A DNA stretch of 64,000 nucleotides. Origin: Auanema rhodensis. Its lineage: Eukaryota; Animalia; Nematoda. The position numbers were made by a program, and so were the translations under genes. The notes under the pieces were generated by a model that was not told the DNA's origin, made no database searches, and saw nothing but the letters and a program-made list of their open reading frames with translations. Below are positions 9,701 to 24,918 of the stretch, piece after piece. Each line of letters begins with the position of its first letter. Within the stretch, counting starts at the first letter, position 1. The stretch is taken from positions 17,112,001 through 17,176,000 of the forward strand of contig OZ059898.1 in assembly GCA_964057225.1 (NCBI GenBank), in the 5' to 3' direction.

Positions 9701-12280
9701 TCTGAAATTTTTCGAAAAAATTTTTGTCAAAATGTTTTTGGAAGCAATGTTGAGTGTACATGGAAACTCAACATACACTAATGCATCATTTTTCAAACGA
9801 TCATAACTAATTTTTGTATTAAGCGTTTCTCAATGTAGTATAGTGCATTCGATGCGGATTTTTAAACTGCGTCGATCTGTGTTATCAGATTTGCGCTAGC
9901 TTAAAAATGCACCGAGATATGAACTGATATAAGTTCACACTTATATCCTCGATTTTCACCCTGAAGAATTATTTTTTTCGTTGAATAACATTGTCCATCG
10001 TCTTTGCCTTGAAAAAAGGAATCTAAAAACATCTACTTTTTGCTAAATTATTCTGAAATTTTTCGAAAAAATTTTTGTCAAAATGTTTTTGGAAGCAATT
10101 TTGAGTGTACATGGAAACTCAACATACACTAATGCATCATTTTTCAAACGATCATAACTAATTTTTGTATTAAGCGTTTCTCAATGTAGTATAGTGCATT
10201 TGATGCGGATTTTTAAGCTGCGTCGATCTGTGTTATCAAATTTGCGCTAGCTTAAAAATGCACCGAGATATCAACTGGTATAAGTTCACACTTATATCCT
10301 CGATTTTCACCCTGAAGAAATAATTTTTTCGTTGAATAACATTGTCCATCGTCTTTGCCTTGAAAAAAGGAATCTAAAAACATCTACTTTTTGCTAAATT
10401 ATTCTGAAATTTTTCGAAAAAATTTTTGTCAAAATGTTTTTGGAAGCAATGTTGAGTGTACATGGAAACTCAACATACACTAATGCATCATTTTTCAAAC
10501 GATCATAACTAATTTTTGTATTAAGCGTTTCTCAATGTAGTATAGTGCATTCGATGCGGATTTTTAAACTGCGTCGATCTGTGTTATCAGATTTGCGCTA
10601 GCTTAAAAATGCACCGAGATATCAACTGGTATAAGTTCACACTTATATCCTCGATTTTCACCCTGAAGAAATAATTTTTTCGTTGAATAACATTGTCCAT
10701 CGTCTTTGCCTTGAAAAAAGGAATCTAAAAACATCTACTTTTTGCTAAATTATTCTGAAATTTTTCGAAAAAATTTTTGTCAAAATGTTTTTGGAAGCAA
10801 TGTTGAGTGTACATGGAAACTCAACATACACTAATGCATCATTTTTCAAACGATCATAACTAATTTTTGTATTAAGCGTTTCTCAATGTAGTATAGTGCA
10901 TTCGATGCGGATTTTTAAGCTGCGTCGATCTGTGTTATCAAATTTGCGCTAGCTTAAAAATGCACCGAGATATCAACTGGTATAAGTTCACACTTATATC
11001 CTCGATTTTCACCCTGAAGAAATAATTTTTTCGTTGAATAACATTGTCCATCGTCTTTGCCTTGAAAAAAGGAATCTAAAAACATCTACTTTTTGCTAAA
11101 TTATTCTGAAATTTTTCGAAAAAATTTTTGTCAAAATGTTTTTGGAAGCAATGTTGAGTGTACATGGAAACTCAACATACACTAATGCATCATTTTTCAA
11201 ACGATCATAACTAATTTTTGTATTAAGCGTTTCTCAATGTAGTATAGTGCATTTGATGCGGATTTTTAAGCTGCGTCGATCTGTGTTATCAAATTTGCGC
11301 TAGCTTAAAAATGCACCGAGATATCAACTGGTATAAGTTCACACTTATATCCTCGATTTTCACCCTGAAGAAATAATTTTTTCGTTGAATAACATTGTCC
11401 ATCGTCTTTGCCTTGAAAAAAGGAATCTAAAAACATCTACTTTTTGCTAAATTATTCTGAAATTTTTCGAAAAAATTTTTGTCAAAATGTTTTTGGAAGC
11501 AATTTTGAGTGTACATGGAAACTCAACATACACTAATGCATCATTTTTCAAACGATCATAACTAATTTTTGTATTAAGCGTTTCTCAATGTAGTATAGTG
11601 CATTCGATGCGGATTTTTAAACTGCGTCGATCTGTGTTATCAGATTTGCGCTAGCTTAAAAATGCACCGAGATATGAACTGATATAAGTTCACACTTATA
11701 TCCTCGATTTTCACCCTGAAGATTTATTTTTTTCGTTGAATAACATTGTCCATCGTCTTTGCCTTGAAAAAAGAAATCTAAAAACATCTACTTTTTGCTA
11801 AATTATTCTGAAATTTTTCGAAAAAATTTTTGTCAAAATGTTTTTGGAAGCAATGTTGAGTGTACATGGAAACTCAACATACACTAATGCATCATTTTTC
11901 AAACGATCATAACTAATTTTTGTATTAAGCGTTTCTCAATGTAGTATAGTGCATTCGATGCGGATTTTTAAGCTGCGTCGATCTGTGTTATCAAATTTGC
12001 GCTAGCTTAAAAATGCACCGAGATATCAACTGGTATAAGTTCACACTTATATCCTCGATTTTCACCCTGAAGAAATAATTTTTTCGTTGAATAACATTGT
12101 CCATCGTCTTTGCCTTGAAAAAAGGAATCTAAAAACATCTACTTTTTGCTAAATTATTCTGAAATTTTTCGAAAAAATTTTTGTCAAAATGTTTTTGGAA
12201 GCAATTTTGAGTGTACATGGAAACTCAACATACACTAATGCATCATTTTTCAAACGATCATAACTAATTTTTGTATTAAG

Positions 12281-15200
12281 CGTTTCTCAATGTAGTATAG
12301 TGCATTTGATGCGGATTTTTAAGCTGCGTCGATCTGTGTTATCAAATTTGCGCTAGCTTAAAAATGCACCGAGATATCAACTGGTATAAGTTCACACTTA
12401 TATCCTCGATTTTCACCCTGAAGAAATAATTTTTTCGTTGAATAACATTGTCCATCGTCTTTGCCTTGAAAAAAGGAATCTAAAAACATCTACTTTTTGC
12501 TAAATTATTCTGAAATTTTTCGAAAAAATTTTTGTCAAAATGTTTTTGGAAGCAATGTTGAGTGTACATGGAAACTCAACATACACTAATGCATCATTTT
12601 TCAAACGATCATAACTAATTTTTGTATTAAGCGTTTCTCAATGTAGTATAGTGCATTCGATGCGGATTTTTAAACTGCGTCGATCTGTGTTATCAAATTT
12701 GCGCTAGCTTAAAAATGCACCGAGATATCAACTGGTATAAGTTCACACTTATATCCTCGATTTTCACCCTGAAGAAATAATTTTTTCGTTGAATAACATT
12801 GTCCATCGTCTTTGCCTTGAAAAAAGGAATCTAAAAACATCTACTTTTTGCTAAATTATTCTGAAATTTTTCGAAAAAATTTTTGTCAAAATGTTTTTGG
12901 AAGCAATGTTGAGTGTACATGGAAACTCAACATACACTAATGCATCATTTTTCAAACGATCATAACTAATTTTTGTATTAAGCGTTTCTCAATGTAGTAT
13001 AGTGCATTCGATGCGGATTTTTACACTGCGTCGATCTGTGTTATCAGATTTGCGCTAGCTTAAAAATGCACCGAGATATCAACTGATATAAGTTCACACT
13101 TATATCCTCGATTTTCACCCTGAAGAATTATTTTTTTCGTTGAATAACATTGTCCATCGTCTTTGCCTTGAAAAAAGGAATCTAAAAACATCTACTTTTT
13201 GCTAAATTATTCTGAAATTTTTCGAAAAAATTTTTGTCAAAATGTTTTTGGAAGCAATGTTGAGTGTACATGGAAACTCAACATACACTAATGCATCATT
13301 TTTCAAACGATCATAACTAATTTTTGTATTAAGCGTTTCTCAATGTAGTATAGTGCATTCGATGCGGATTTTTAAACTGCGTCGATCTGTGTTATCAAAT
13401 TTGCGCTAGCTTAAAAATGCACCGAGATATCAACTGGTATAAGTTCACACTTATATCCTCGATTTTCACCCTGAAGAAATAATTTTTTCGTTGAATAACA
13501 TTGTCCATCGTCTTTGCCTTGAAAAAAGGAATCTAAAAACATCTACTTTTTGCTAAATTATTCTGAAATTTTTCGAAAAAATTTTTGTCAAAATGTTTTT
13601 GGAAGCAATTTTGAGTGTACATGGTAACTCAACATACACTAATGCATCATTTTTCAAACGATCATAACTAATTTTTGTATTAAGCGTTTCTCAATGTAGT
13701 ATAGTGCATTCGATGCGGATTTTTACACTGCGTCGATCTGTGTTATCAGATTTGCGCTAGCTTAAAAATGCACCGAGATATCAACTGATATAAGTTCACA
13801 CTTATATCCTCGATTTTCACCCTGAAGAATTATTTTTTTCGTTGAATAACATTGTCCATCGTCTTTGCCTTGAAAAAAGGAATCTAAAAACATCTACTTT
13901 TTGCTAAATTATTCTGAAATTTTTCGAAAAAATTTTTGTCAAAATGTTTTTGGAAGCAATTTTGAGTGTACATGGAAACTCAACATACACTAATGCATCA
14001 TTTTTCAAACGATCATAACTAATTTTTGTATTAAGCGTTTCTCAATGTAGTATAGTGCATTTGATGCGGATTTTTAAGCTGCGTCGATCTGTGTTATCAA
14101 ATTTGCGCTAGCTTAAAAATGCACCGAGATATCAACTGGTATAAGTTCACACTTATATCCTCGATTTTCACCCTGAAGAAATAATTTTTTCGTTGAATAA
14201 CATTGTCCATCGTCTTTGCCTTGAAAAAAGGAATCTAAAAACATCTACTTTTTGCTAAATTATTCTGAAATTTTTCGAAAAAATTTTTGTCAAAATGTTT
14301 TTGGAAGCAATTTTGAGTGTACATGGAAACTCAACATACACTAATGCATCATTTTTCAAACGATCATAACTAATTTTTGTATTAAGCGTTTCTCAATGTA
14401 GTATAGTGCATTTGATGCGGATTTTTAAGCTGCGTCGATCTGTGTTATCAAATTTGCGCTAGCTTAAAAATGCACCGAGATATCAACTGGTATAAGTTCA
14501 CACTTATATCCTCGATTTTCACCCTGAAGAAATAATTTTTTCGTTGAATAACATTGTCCATCGTCTTTGCCTTGAAAAAAGGAATCTAAAAACATCTACT
14601 TTTTGCTAAATTATTCTGAAATTTTTCGAAAAAATTTTTGTCAAAATGTTTTTGGAAGCAATGTTGAGTGTACATGGAAACTCAACATACACTAATGCAT
14701 CATTTTTCAAACGATCATAACTAATTTTTGTATTAAGCGTTTCTCAATGTAGTATAGTGCATTCGATGCGGATTTTTAAACTGCGTCGATCTGTGTTATC
14801 AAATTTGCGCTAGCTTAAAAATGCACCGAGATATCAACTGGTATAAGTTCACACTTATATCCTCGATTTTCACCCTGAAGAAATAATTTTTTCGTTGAAT
14901 AACATTGTCCATCGTCTTTGCCTTGAAAAAAGGAATCTAAAAACATCTACTTTTTGCTAAATTATTCTGAAATTTTTCGAAAAAATTTTTGTCAAAATGT
15001 TTTTGGAAGCAATGTTGAGTGTACATGGAAACTCAACATACACTAATGCATCATTTTTCAAACGATCATAACTAATTTTTGTATTAAGCGTTTCTCAATG
15101 TAGTATAGTGCATTCGATGCGGATTTTTACACTGCGTCGATCTGTGTTATCAGATTTGCGCTAGCTTAAAAATGCACCGAGATATCAACTGATATAAGTT

Positions 15201-16492
15201 CACACTTATATCCTCGATTTTCACCCTGAAGAATTATTTTTTTCGTTGAATAACATTGTCCATCGTCTTTGCCTTGAAAAAAGGAATCTAAAAACATCTA
15301 CTTTTTGCTAAATTATTCTGAAATTTTTCGAAAAAATTTTTGTCAAAATGTTTTTGGAAGCAATGTTGAGTGTACATGGAAACTCAACATACACTAATGC
15401 ATCATTTTTCAAACGATCATAACTAATTTTTGTATTAAGCGTTTCTCAATGTAGTATAGTGCATTCGATGCGGATTTTTAAACTGCGTCGATCTGTGTTA
15501 TCAAATTTGCGCTAGCTTAAAAATGCACCGAGATATCAACTGGTATAAGTTCACACTTATATCCTCGATTTTCACCCTGAAGAAATAATTTTTTCGTTGA
15601 ATAACATTGTCCATCGTCTTTGCCTTGAAAAAAGGAATCTAAAAACATCTACTTTTTGCTAAATTATTCTGAAATTTTTCGAAAAAATTTTTGTCAAAAT
15701 GTTTTTGGAAGCAATTTTGAGTGTACATGGTAACTCAACATACACTAATGCATCATTTTTCAAACGATCATAACTAATTTTTGTATTAAGCGTTTCTCAA
15801 TGTAGTATAGTGCATTCGATGCGGATTTTTACACTGCGTCGATCTGTGTTATCAGATTTGCGCTAGCTTAAAAATGCACCGAGATATCAACTGATATAAG
15901 TTCACACTTATATCCTCGATTTTCACCCTGAAGAATTATTTTTTTCGTTGAATAACATTGTCCATCGTCTTTGCCTTGAAAAAAGGAATCTAAAAACATC
16001 TACTTTTTGCTAAATTATTCTGAAATTTTTCGAAAAAATTTTTGTCAAAATGTTTTTGGAAGCAATTTTGAGTGTACATGGAAACTCAACATACACTAAT
16101 GCATCATTTTTCAAACGATCATAACTAATTTTTGTATTAAGCGTTTCTCAATGTAGTATAGTGCATTTGATGCGGATTTTTAAGCTGCGTCGATCTGTGT
16201 TATCAAATTTGCGCTAGCTTAAAAATGCACCGAGATATCAACTGGTATAAGTTCACACTTATATCCTCGATTTTCACCCTGAAGAAATAATTTTTTCGTT
16301 GAATAACATTGTCCATCGTCTTTGCCTTGAAAAAAGGAATCTAAAAACATCTACTTTTTGCTAAATTATTCTGAAATTTTTCGAAAAAATTTTTGTCAAA
16401 ATGTTTTTGGAAGCAATGTTGAGTGTACATGGAAACTCAACATACACTAATGCATCATTTTTCAAACGATCATAACTAATTTTTGTATTAAG
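12281..16492. repeat. 6-monomer tandem duplication (period 2106 bp; M36-41 / M42-47)
   Basis: Both blocks have the same order of variants. Rare markers are ttACActg (M38, M40 / M44, M46) and ggTaactc (M39 / M45). Confidence 0.85.
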
Positions 16493-18949
16493 CGTTTCTC
16501 AATGTAGTATAGTGCATTCGATGCGGATTTTTAAACTGCGTCGATCTGTGTTATCAGATTTGCGCTAGCTTAAAAATGCACCGAGATATGAACTGATATA
16601 AGTTCACACTTATATCCTCGATTTTCACCCTGAAGAATTATTTTTTTCGTTGAATAACATTGTCCATCGTCTTTGCCTTGAAAAAAGGAATCTAAAAACA
16701 TCTACTTTTTGCTAAATTATTCTGAAATTTTTCGAAAAAATTTTTGTCAAAATGTTTTTGGAAGCAATGTTGAGTGTACATGGAAACTCAACATACACTA
16801 ATGCATCATTTTTCAAACGATCATAACTAATTTTTGTATTAAGCGTTTCTCAATGTAGTATAGTGCATTCGATGCGGATTTTTAAACTGCGTCGATTTGT
16901 GTTATCAGATTTGCGCTAGCTTAAAAATGCACCGAGATATCAACTGGTATAAGTTCACACTTATATCCTCGATTTTCACCCTGAAGAAATAATTTTTTCG
17001 TTGAATAACATTGTCCATCGTCTTTGCCTTGAAAAAAGGAATCTAAAAACATCTACTTTTTGCTAAATTATTCTGAAATTTTTCGAAAAAATTTTTGTCA
17101 AAATGTTTTTGGAAGCAATGTTGAGTGTACATGGAAACTCAACATACACTAATGCATCATTTTTCAAACGATCATAACTAATTTTTGTATTAAGCGTTTC
17201 TCAATGTAGTATAGTGCATTCGATGCGGATTTTTAAACTGCGTCGATCTGTGTTATCAGATTTGCGCTAGCTTAAAAATGCACGGAGATATCAACTGATA
17301 TAAGTTCACACTTATATCCTCGATTTTCACCCTGAAGAAATAATTTTTTCGTTGAATAACATTGTCCATCGTCTTTGCCTTGAAAAACGGAATCTAAAAA
17401 CATCTACTTTTTGCTAAATTATTCTGAATATTTTCGAAAAAATTTTTGTCAAAATGTTTTTGGAAGCAATGTTGAGTGTACATGGAAACTCAACATACAC
17501 TAATGCATCATTTTTCAAACGATCATAACTAATTTTTGTATTAAGCGTTTCTCAATGTAGTATAGTGCATTCGATGCGGATTTTTAAACTGCGTCGATCT
17601 GTGTTATCAGATTTGCGCTAGCTTAAAATTGCACCGAGATATCAACTGGTATAAGTTCACACTTATATCCTCGATTTTCACCCTGAAGAAATAATTTTTT
17701 CGTTGAATAACATTGTCCATCGTCTTTGCCTTGAAAAAAGGAATCTAAAAACATCTACTTTTTGCTAAATTATTCTGAAATTTTTCGAAAAAATTTTTGT
17801 CAAAATGTTTTTGGAAGCAATGTTGAGTGTACATGGAAACTCAACATACACTAATGCATCATTTTTCAAACGATCATAACTAATTTTTGTATTAAGCGTT
17901 TCTCAATGTAGTATAGTGCATTCGATGCGGATTTTTACACTGCGTCGATCTGTGTTATCAGATTTGCGCTAGCTTAAAAATGCACCGAGATATCAACTGA
18001 TATAAGTTCACACTTATATCCTCGATTTTCACCCTGAAGAATTATTTTTTTCGTTGAATAACATTGTCCATCGTCTTTGCCTTGAAAAAAGGAATCTAAA
18101 AACATCTACTTTTTGCTAAATTATTCTGAAATTTTTCGAAAAAATTTTTGTCAAAATGTTTTTGGAAGCAATTTTGAGTGTACATGGAAACTCAACATAC
18201 ACTAATGCATCATTTTTCAAACGATCATAACTAATTTTTGTATTAAGCGTTTCTCAATGTAGTATAGTGCATTTGATGCGGATTTTTAAGCTGCGTCGAT
18301 CTGTGTTATCAAATTTGCGCTAGCTTAAAAATGCACCGAGATATCAACTGGTATAAGTTCACACTTATATCCTCGATTTTCACCCTGAAGAAATAATTTT
18401 TTCGTTGAATAACATTGTCCATCGTCTTTGCCTTGAAAAAAGGAATCTAAAAACATCTACTTTTTGCTAAATTATTCTGAAATTTTTCGAAAAAATTTTT
18501 GTCAAAATGTTTTTGGAAGCAATGTTGAGTGTACATGGAAACTCAACATACACTAATGCATCATTTTTCAAACGATCATAACTAATTTTTGTATTAAGCG
18601 TTTCTCAATGTAGTATAGTGCATTCGATGCGGATTTTTAAACTGCGTCGATCTGTGTTATCAGATTTGCGCTAGCTTAAAAATGCACCGAGATATGAACT
18701 GATATAAGTTCACACTTATATCCTCGATTTTCACCCTGAAGAATTATTTTTTTCGTTGAATAACATTGTCCATCGTCTTTGCCTTGAAAAAAGGAATCTA
18801 AAAACATCTACTTTTTGCTAAATTATTCTGAAATTTTTCGAAAAAATTTTTGTCAAAATGTTTTTGGAAGCAATGTTGAGTGTACATGGAAACTCAACAT
18901 ACACTAATGCATCATTTTTCAAACGATCATAACTAATTTTTGTATTAAG

Positions 18950-21900
18950 CGTTTTTCAATGTAGTATAGTGCATTCGATGCGGATTTTTAAACTGCGTCG
19001 ATCTGTGTTATCAGATTTGCGCTAGCTTAAAAATGCACCGAGATATCAACTGATATAAGTTCACACTTATATCCTCGATTTTCACCCTGAAGAATTATTT
19101 TTTTCGTTGAATAACATTGTCCATCGTCTTTGCCTTGAAAAAAGGAATCTAAAAACATCTACTTTTTGCTAAATTATTCTGAAATTTTTCGAAAAAATTT
19201 TTGTCAAAATGTTTTTGGAAGCAATTTTGAGTGTACATGGAAACTCAACATACACTAATGCATCATTTTTCAAACGATCATAACTAATTTTTGTATTAAG
19301 CGTTTCTCAATGTAGTATAGTGCATTTAATGCGGATTTTTAAGCTGCGTCGATCTGTGTTATCAAATTTGCGCTAGCTTAAAAATGCACCGAGATATCAA
19401 CTGGTATAAGTTCACACTTATATCCTCGATTTTCACCCTGAAGAAATAATTTTTTCGTTGAATAACATTGTCCATCGTCTTTGCCTTGAAAAAAGGAATC
19501 TAAAAACATCTACTTTTTGCTAAATTATTCTGAAATTTTTCGAAAAAATTTTTGTCAAAATGTTTTTGGAAGCAATTTTGAGTGTGCATGGAAACTCAAC
19601 ATACACTAATGCATCATTTTTCAAACGATCATAACTAATTTTTGTATTAAGCGTTTCTCAATGTAGTATAGTGCATTCGATGCGGATTTTTAAACTGCGT
19701 CGATCTGTGTTATCAGATTTGCGCTAGCTTAAAAATGCACCGAGATATCAACTGATATAAGTTCACACTTATATCCTCGATTTTCACCCTGAAGAATTAT
19801 TTTTTTCGTTGAATAACATTGTCCATCGTCTTTGCCTTGAAAAAAGGAATCTAAAAACATCTACTTTTTGCTAAATTATTCTGAAATTTTTCGAAAAAAT
19901 TTTTGTCAAAATGTTTTTGGAAGCAATTTTGAGTGTACATGGAAACTCAACATACACTAATGCATCATTTTTCAAACGATCATAACTAATTTTTGTATTA
20001 AGCGTTTCTCAATGTAGTATAGTGCATTTAATGCGGATTTTAAAAGCTGCGTCGATCTGTGTTATCAAATTTGCGCTAGCTTAAAAATGCACCGAGATAT
20101 CAACTGGTATAAGTTCACACTTATATCCTCGATTTTCACCCTGAAGAAATAATTTTTTCGTTGAATAACATTGTCCATCGTCTTTGCTTTGAAAAAAGGA
20201 ATCTAAAAACATCTACTTTTTGCTAAATTATTCTGAAATTTTTCGAAAAAATTTTTGTCAAAATGTTTTTGGAAGCAATTTTGAGTGTGCATGGAAACTC
20301 AACATACACTAATGCATCATTTTTCAAACGATCATAACTAATTTTTGTATTAAGCGTTTCTCAATGTAGTATAGTGCATTCGATGCGGATTTTTAAACTG
20401 CGTCGATCTGTGTTATCAGATTTGCGCTAGCTTAAAAATGCACCGAGATATCAACTGATATAAGTTCACACTTATATCCTCGATTTTCACCCTGAAGAAA
20501 TAATTTTTTCGTTGAATAACATTGTCCATCGTCTTTGCCTTGAAAAACGGAATCTAAAAACATCTACTTTTTGCTAAATTATTCTGAATATTTTCGAAAA
20601 AATTTTTGTCAAAATGTTTTTGGAAGCAATGTTGAGTGTACATGGAAACTCAACATACACTAATGCATCATTTTTCAAACGATCATAACTAATTTTTGTA
20701 TTAAGCGTTTCTCAATGTAGTATAGTGCATTCGATGCGGATTTTTAAACTGCGTCGATCTGTGTTATCAGATTTGCGCTAGCTTAAAAATGCACCGAGAT
20801 ATCAACTGATATAAGTTCACACTTATATCCTCGATTTTCACCCTGAAGAATTATTTTTTTCGTTGAATAACATTGTCCATCGTCTTTGCCTTGAAAAAAG
20901 GAATCTAAAAACATCTACTTTTTGCTAAATTATTCTGAAATTTTTCGAAAAAATTTTTGTCAAAATGTTTTTGGAAGCAATTTTGAGTGTACATGGAAAT
21001 TCAACATACACTAATGCATCATTTTTCAAACGATCATAACTAATTTTTGTATTAAGCGTTTCTCAATGTAGTATAGTGCATTTAATGCGGATTTTTAAGC
21101 TGCGTCGATCTGTGTTATCAAATTTGCGCTAGCTTAAAAATGCACCGAGATATCAACTGGTATAAGTTCACACTTATATCCTCGATTTTCACCCTGAAGA
21201 AATAATTTTTTCGTTGAATAACATTGTCCATCGTCTTTGCCTTGAAAAAAGGAATCTAAAAACATCTACTTTTTGCTAAATTATTCTGAAATTTTTCGAA
21301 AAAATTTTTGTCAAAATGTTTTTGGAAGCAATGTTGAGTGTACATGGAAACTCAACATACACTAATGCATCATTTTTCAAACGATCATAACTAATTTTTG
21401 TATTAAGCGTTTTTCAATGTAGTATAGTGCATTCGATGCGGATTTTTAAACTGCGTCGATCTGTGTTATCAGATTTGCGCTAGCTTAAAAATGCACCGAG
21501 ATATCAACTGATATAAGTTCACACTTATATCCTCGATTTTCACCCTGAAGAATTATTTTTTTCGTTGAATAACATTGTCCATCGTCTTTGCCTTGAAAAA
21601 AGGAATCTAAAAACATCTACTTTTTGCTAAATTATTCTGAAATTTTTCGAAAAAATTTTTGTCAAAATGTTTTTGGAAGCAATTTTGAGTGTACATGGAA
21701 ACTCAACATACACTAATGCATCATTTTTCAAACGATCATAACTAATTTTTGTATTAAGCGTTTCTCAATGTAGTATAGTGCATTTAATGCGGATTTTTAA
21801 GCTGCGTCGATCTGTGTTATCAAATTTGCGCTAGCTTAAAAATGCACCGAGATATCAACTGGTATAAGTTCACACTTATATCCTCGATTTTCACCCTGAA

Positions 21901-23865
21901 GAAATAATTTTTTCGTTGAATAACATTGTCCATCGTCTTTGCCTTGAAAAAAGGAATCTAAAAACATCTACTTTTTGCTAAATTATTCTGAAATTTTTCG
22001 AAAAAATTTTTGTCAAAATGTTTTTGGAAGCAATTTTGAGTGTGCATGGAAACTCAACATACACTAATGCATCATTTTTCAAACGATCATAACTAATTTT
22101 TGTATTAAGCGTTTCTCAATGTAGTATAGTGCATTCGATGCGGATTTTTAAACTGCGTCGATCTGTGTTATCAGATTTGCGCTAGCTTAAAAATGCACCG
22201 AGATATCAACTGATATAAGTTCACACTTATATCCTCGATTTTCACCCTGAAGAATTATTTTTTTCGTTGAATAACATTGTCCATCGTCTTTGCCTTGAAA
22301 AAAGGAATCTAAAAACATCTACTTTTTGCTAAATTATTCTGAAATTTTTCGAAAAAATTTTTGTCAAAATGTTTTTGGAAGCAATTTTGAGTGTACATGG
22401 AAACTCAACATACACTAATGCATCATTTTTCAAACGATCATAACTAATTTTTGTATTAAGCGTTTCTCAATGTAGTATAGTGCATTTAATGCGGATTTTA
22501 AAAGCTGCGTCGATCTGTGTTATCAAATTTGCGCTAGCTTAAAAATGCACCGAGATATCAACTGGTATAAGTTCACACTTATATCCTCGATTTTCACCCT
22601 GAAGAAATAATTTTTTCGTTGAATAACATTGTCCATCGTCTTTGCCTTGAAAAAAGGAATCTAAAAACATCTACTTTTTGCTAAATTATTCTGAAATTTT
22701 TCGAAAAAATTTTTGTCAAAATGTTTTTGGAAGCAATTTTGAGTGTGCATGGAAACTCAACATACACTAATGCATCATTTTTCAAACGATCATAACTAAT
22801 TTTTGTATTAAGCGTTTCTCAATGTAGTATAGTGCATTCGATGCGGATTTTTAAACTGCGTCGATCTGTGTTATCAGATTTGCGCTAGCTTAAAAATGCA
22901 CCGAGATATCAACTGATATAAGTTCACACTTATATCCTCGATTTTCACCCTGAAGAAATAATTTTTTCGTTGAATAACATTGTCCATCGTCTTTGCCTTG
23001 AAAAACGGAATCTAAAAACATCTACTTTTTGCTAAATTATTCTGAATATTTTCGAAAAAATTTTTGTCAAAATGTTTTTGGAAGCAATGTTGAGTGTACA
23101 TGGAAACTCAACATACACTAATGCATCATTTTTCAAACGATCATAACTAATTTTTGTATTAAGCGTTTCTCAATGTAGTATAGTGCATTCGATGCGGATT
23201 TTTAAACTGCGTCGATCTGTGTTATCAGATTTGCGCTAGCTTAAAAATGCACCGAGATATCAACTGATATAAGTTCACACTTATATCCTCGATTTTCACC
23301 CTGAAGAATTATTTTTTTCGTTGAATAACATTGTCCATCGTCTTTGCCTTGAAAAAAGGAATCTAAAAACATCTACTTTTTGCTAAATTATTCTGAAATT
23401 TTTCGAAAAAATTTTTGTCAAAATGTTTTTGGAAGCAATTTTGAGTGTACATGGAAATTCAACATACACTAATGCATCATTTTTCAAACGATCATAACTA
23501 ATTTTTGTATTAAGCGTTTCTCAATGTAGTATAGTGCATTTAATGCGGATTTTTAAGCTGCGTCGATCTGTGTTATCAAATTTGCGCTAGCTTAAAAATG
23601 CACCGAGATATCAACTGGTATAAGTTCACACTTATATCCTCGATTTTCACCCTGAAGAAATAATTTTTTCGTTGAATAACATTGTCCATCGTCTTTGCCT
23701 TGAAAAAAGGAATCTAAAAACATCTACTTTTTGCTAAATTATTCTGAAATTTTTCGAAAAAATTTTTGTCAAAATGTTTTTGGAAGCAATTTTGAGTGTG
23801 CATGGAAACTCAACATACACTAATGCATCATTTTTCAAACGATCATAACTAATTTTTGTATTAAG
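18950..23865. repeat. 7-monomer tandem duplication (period 2458 bp; M55-61 / M62-68)
   Basis: Shared markers are gtttTtc (M55/M62), the +1 insertion taaaagct (M58/M65), aaaaCgg with gaaTAttt (M59/M66) and gaaaTtc (M60/M67). Confidence 0.9.
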
Positions 23866-24918
23866 CGTTTCTCAATGTAGTATAGTGCATTCGATGCGGA
23901 TTTTTAAACTGCGTCGATCTGTGTTATCAGATTTGCGCTAGCTTAAAAATGCACCGAGATATCAACTGGTATAAGTTCACACTTATATCCTCGATTTTCA
24001 CCCTGAAGAAATAATTTTTTCGTTGAATAACATTGTCCATCGTCTTTGCCTTGAAAAAAGGAATCTAAAAACATCTACTTTTTGCTAAATTATTCTGAAA
24101 TTTTTCGAAAAAATTTTTGTCAAAATGTTTTTGGAAGCAATTTTGAGTGTACATGGAAACTCAACATACACTAATGCATCATTTTTCAAACGATCATAAC
24201 TAATTTTTGTATTAAGCGTTTCTCAATGTAGTATAGTGCATTCGATGCGGATTTTTAAACTGCGTCGATCTGTGTTATCAGATTTGCGCTAGCTTAAAAA
24301 TGCACCGAGATATCAACTGGTATAAGTTCACACTTATATCCTCGATTTTCACCCTGAAGAATTAATTTTTTTGTTGAATAACATCGTCCATCGTCTTTGC
24401 CTTGAAAAAAGAAATCTAAAAACATCTACTTTTTGCTAAATTATTCTGAAATTTTTCGAAAAAATTTTTGTCAAAATGTTTTTGGAAGCAATGTTGAGTG
24501 TACATGGAAACTCAACATACACTAATGCATCATTTTTCAAACGATCATAACTAATTTTTGTATTAAGCGTTTCTCAATGTAGTATAGTGCATTCGATGCG
24601 GATTTTTAAGCTGCGTCGATCTGTGTTATCAAATTTGCGCTAGCTTAAAAATGCACCGAGATATCAACTGGTATAAGTTCACACTTATATCCTCGATTTT
24701 CACCCTGAAGAAATAATTTTTTCGTTGAATAACATTGTCCATCGTCTTTGCCTTGAAAAAAGGAATCTAAAAACATCTACTTTTTGCTAAATTATTCTGA
24801 AATTTTTCGAAAAAATTTTTGTCAAAATGTTTTTGGAAGCAATGTTGAGTGTACATGGAAACTCAACATACACTAATGCATCATTTTTCAAACGATCATA
24901 ACTAATTTTTGTATTAAG

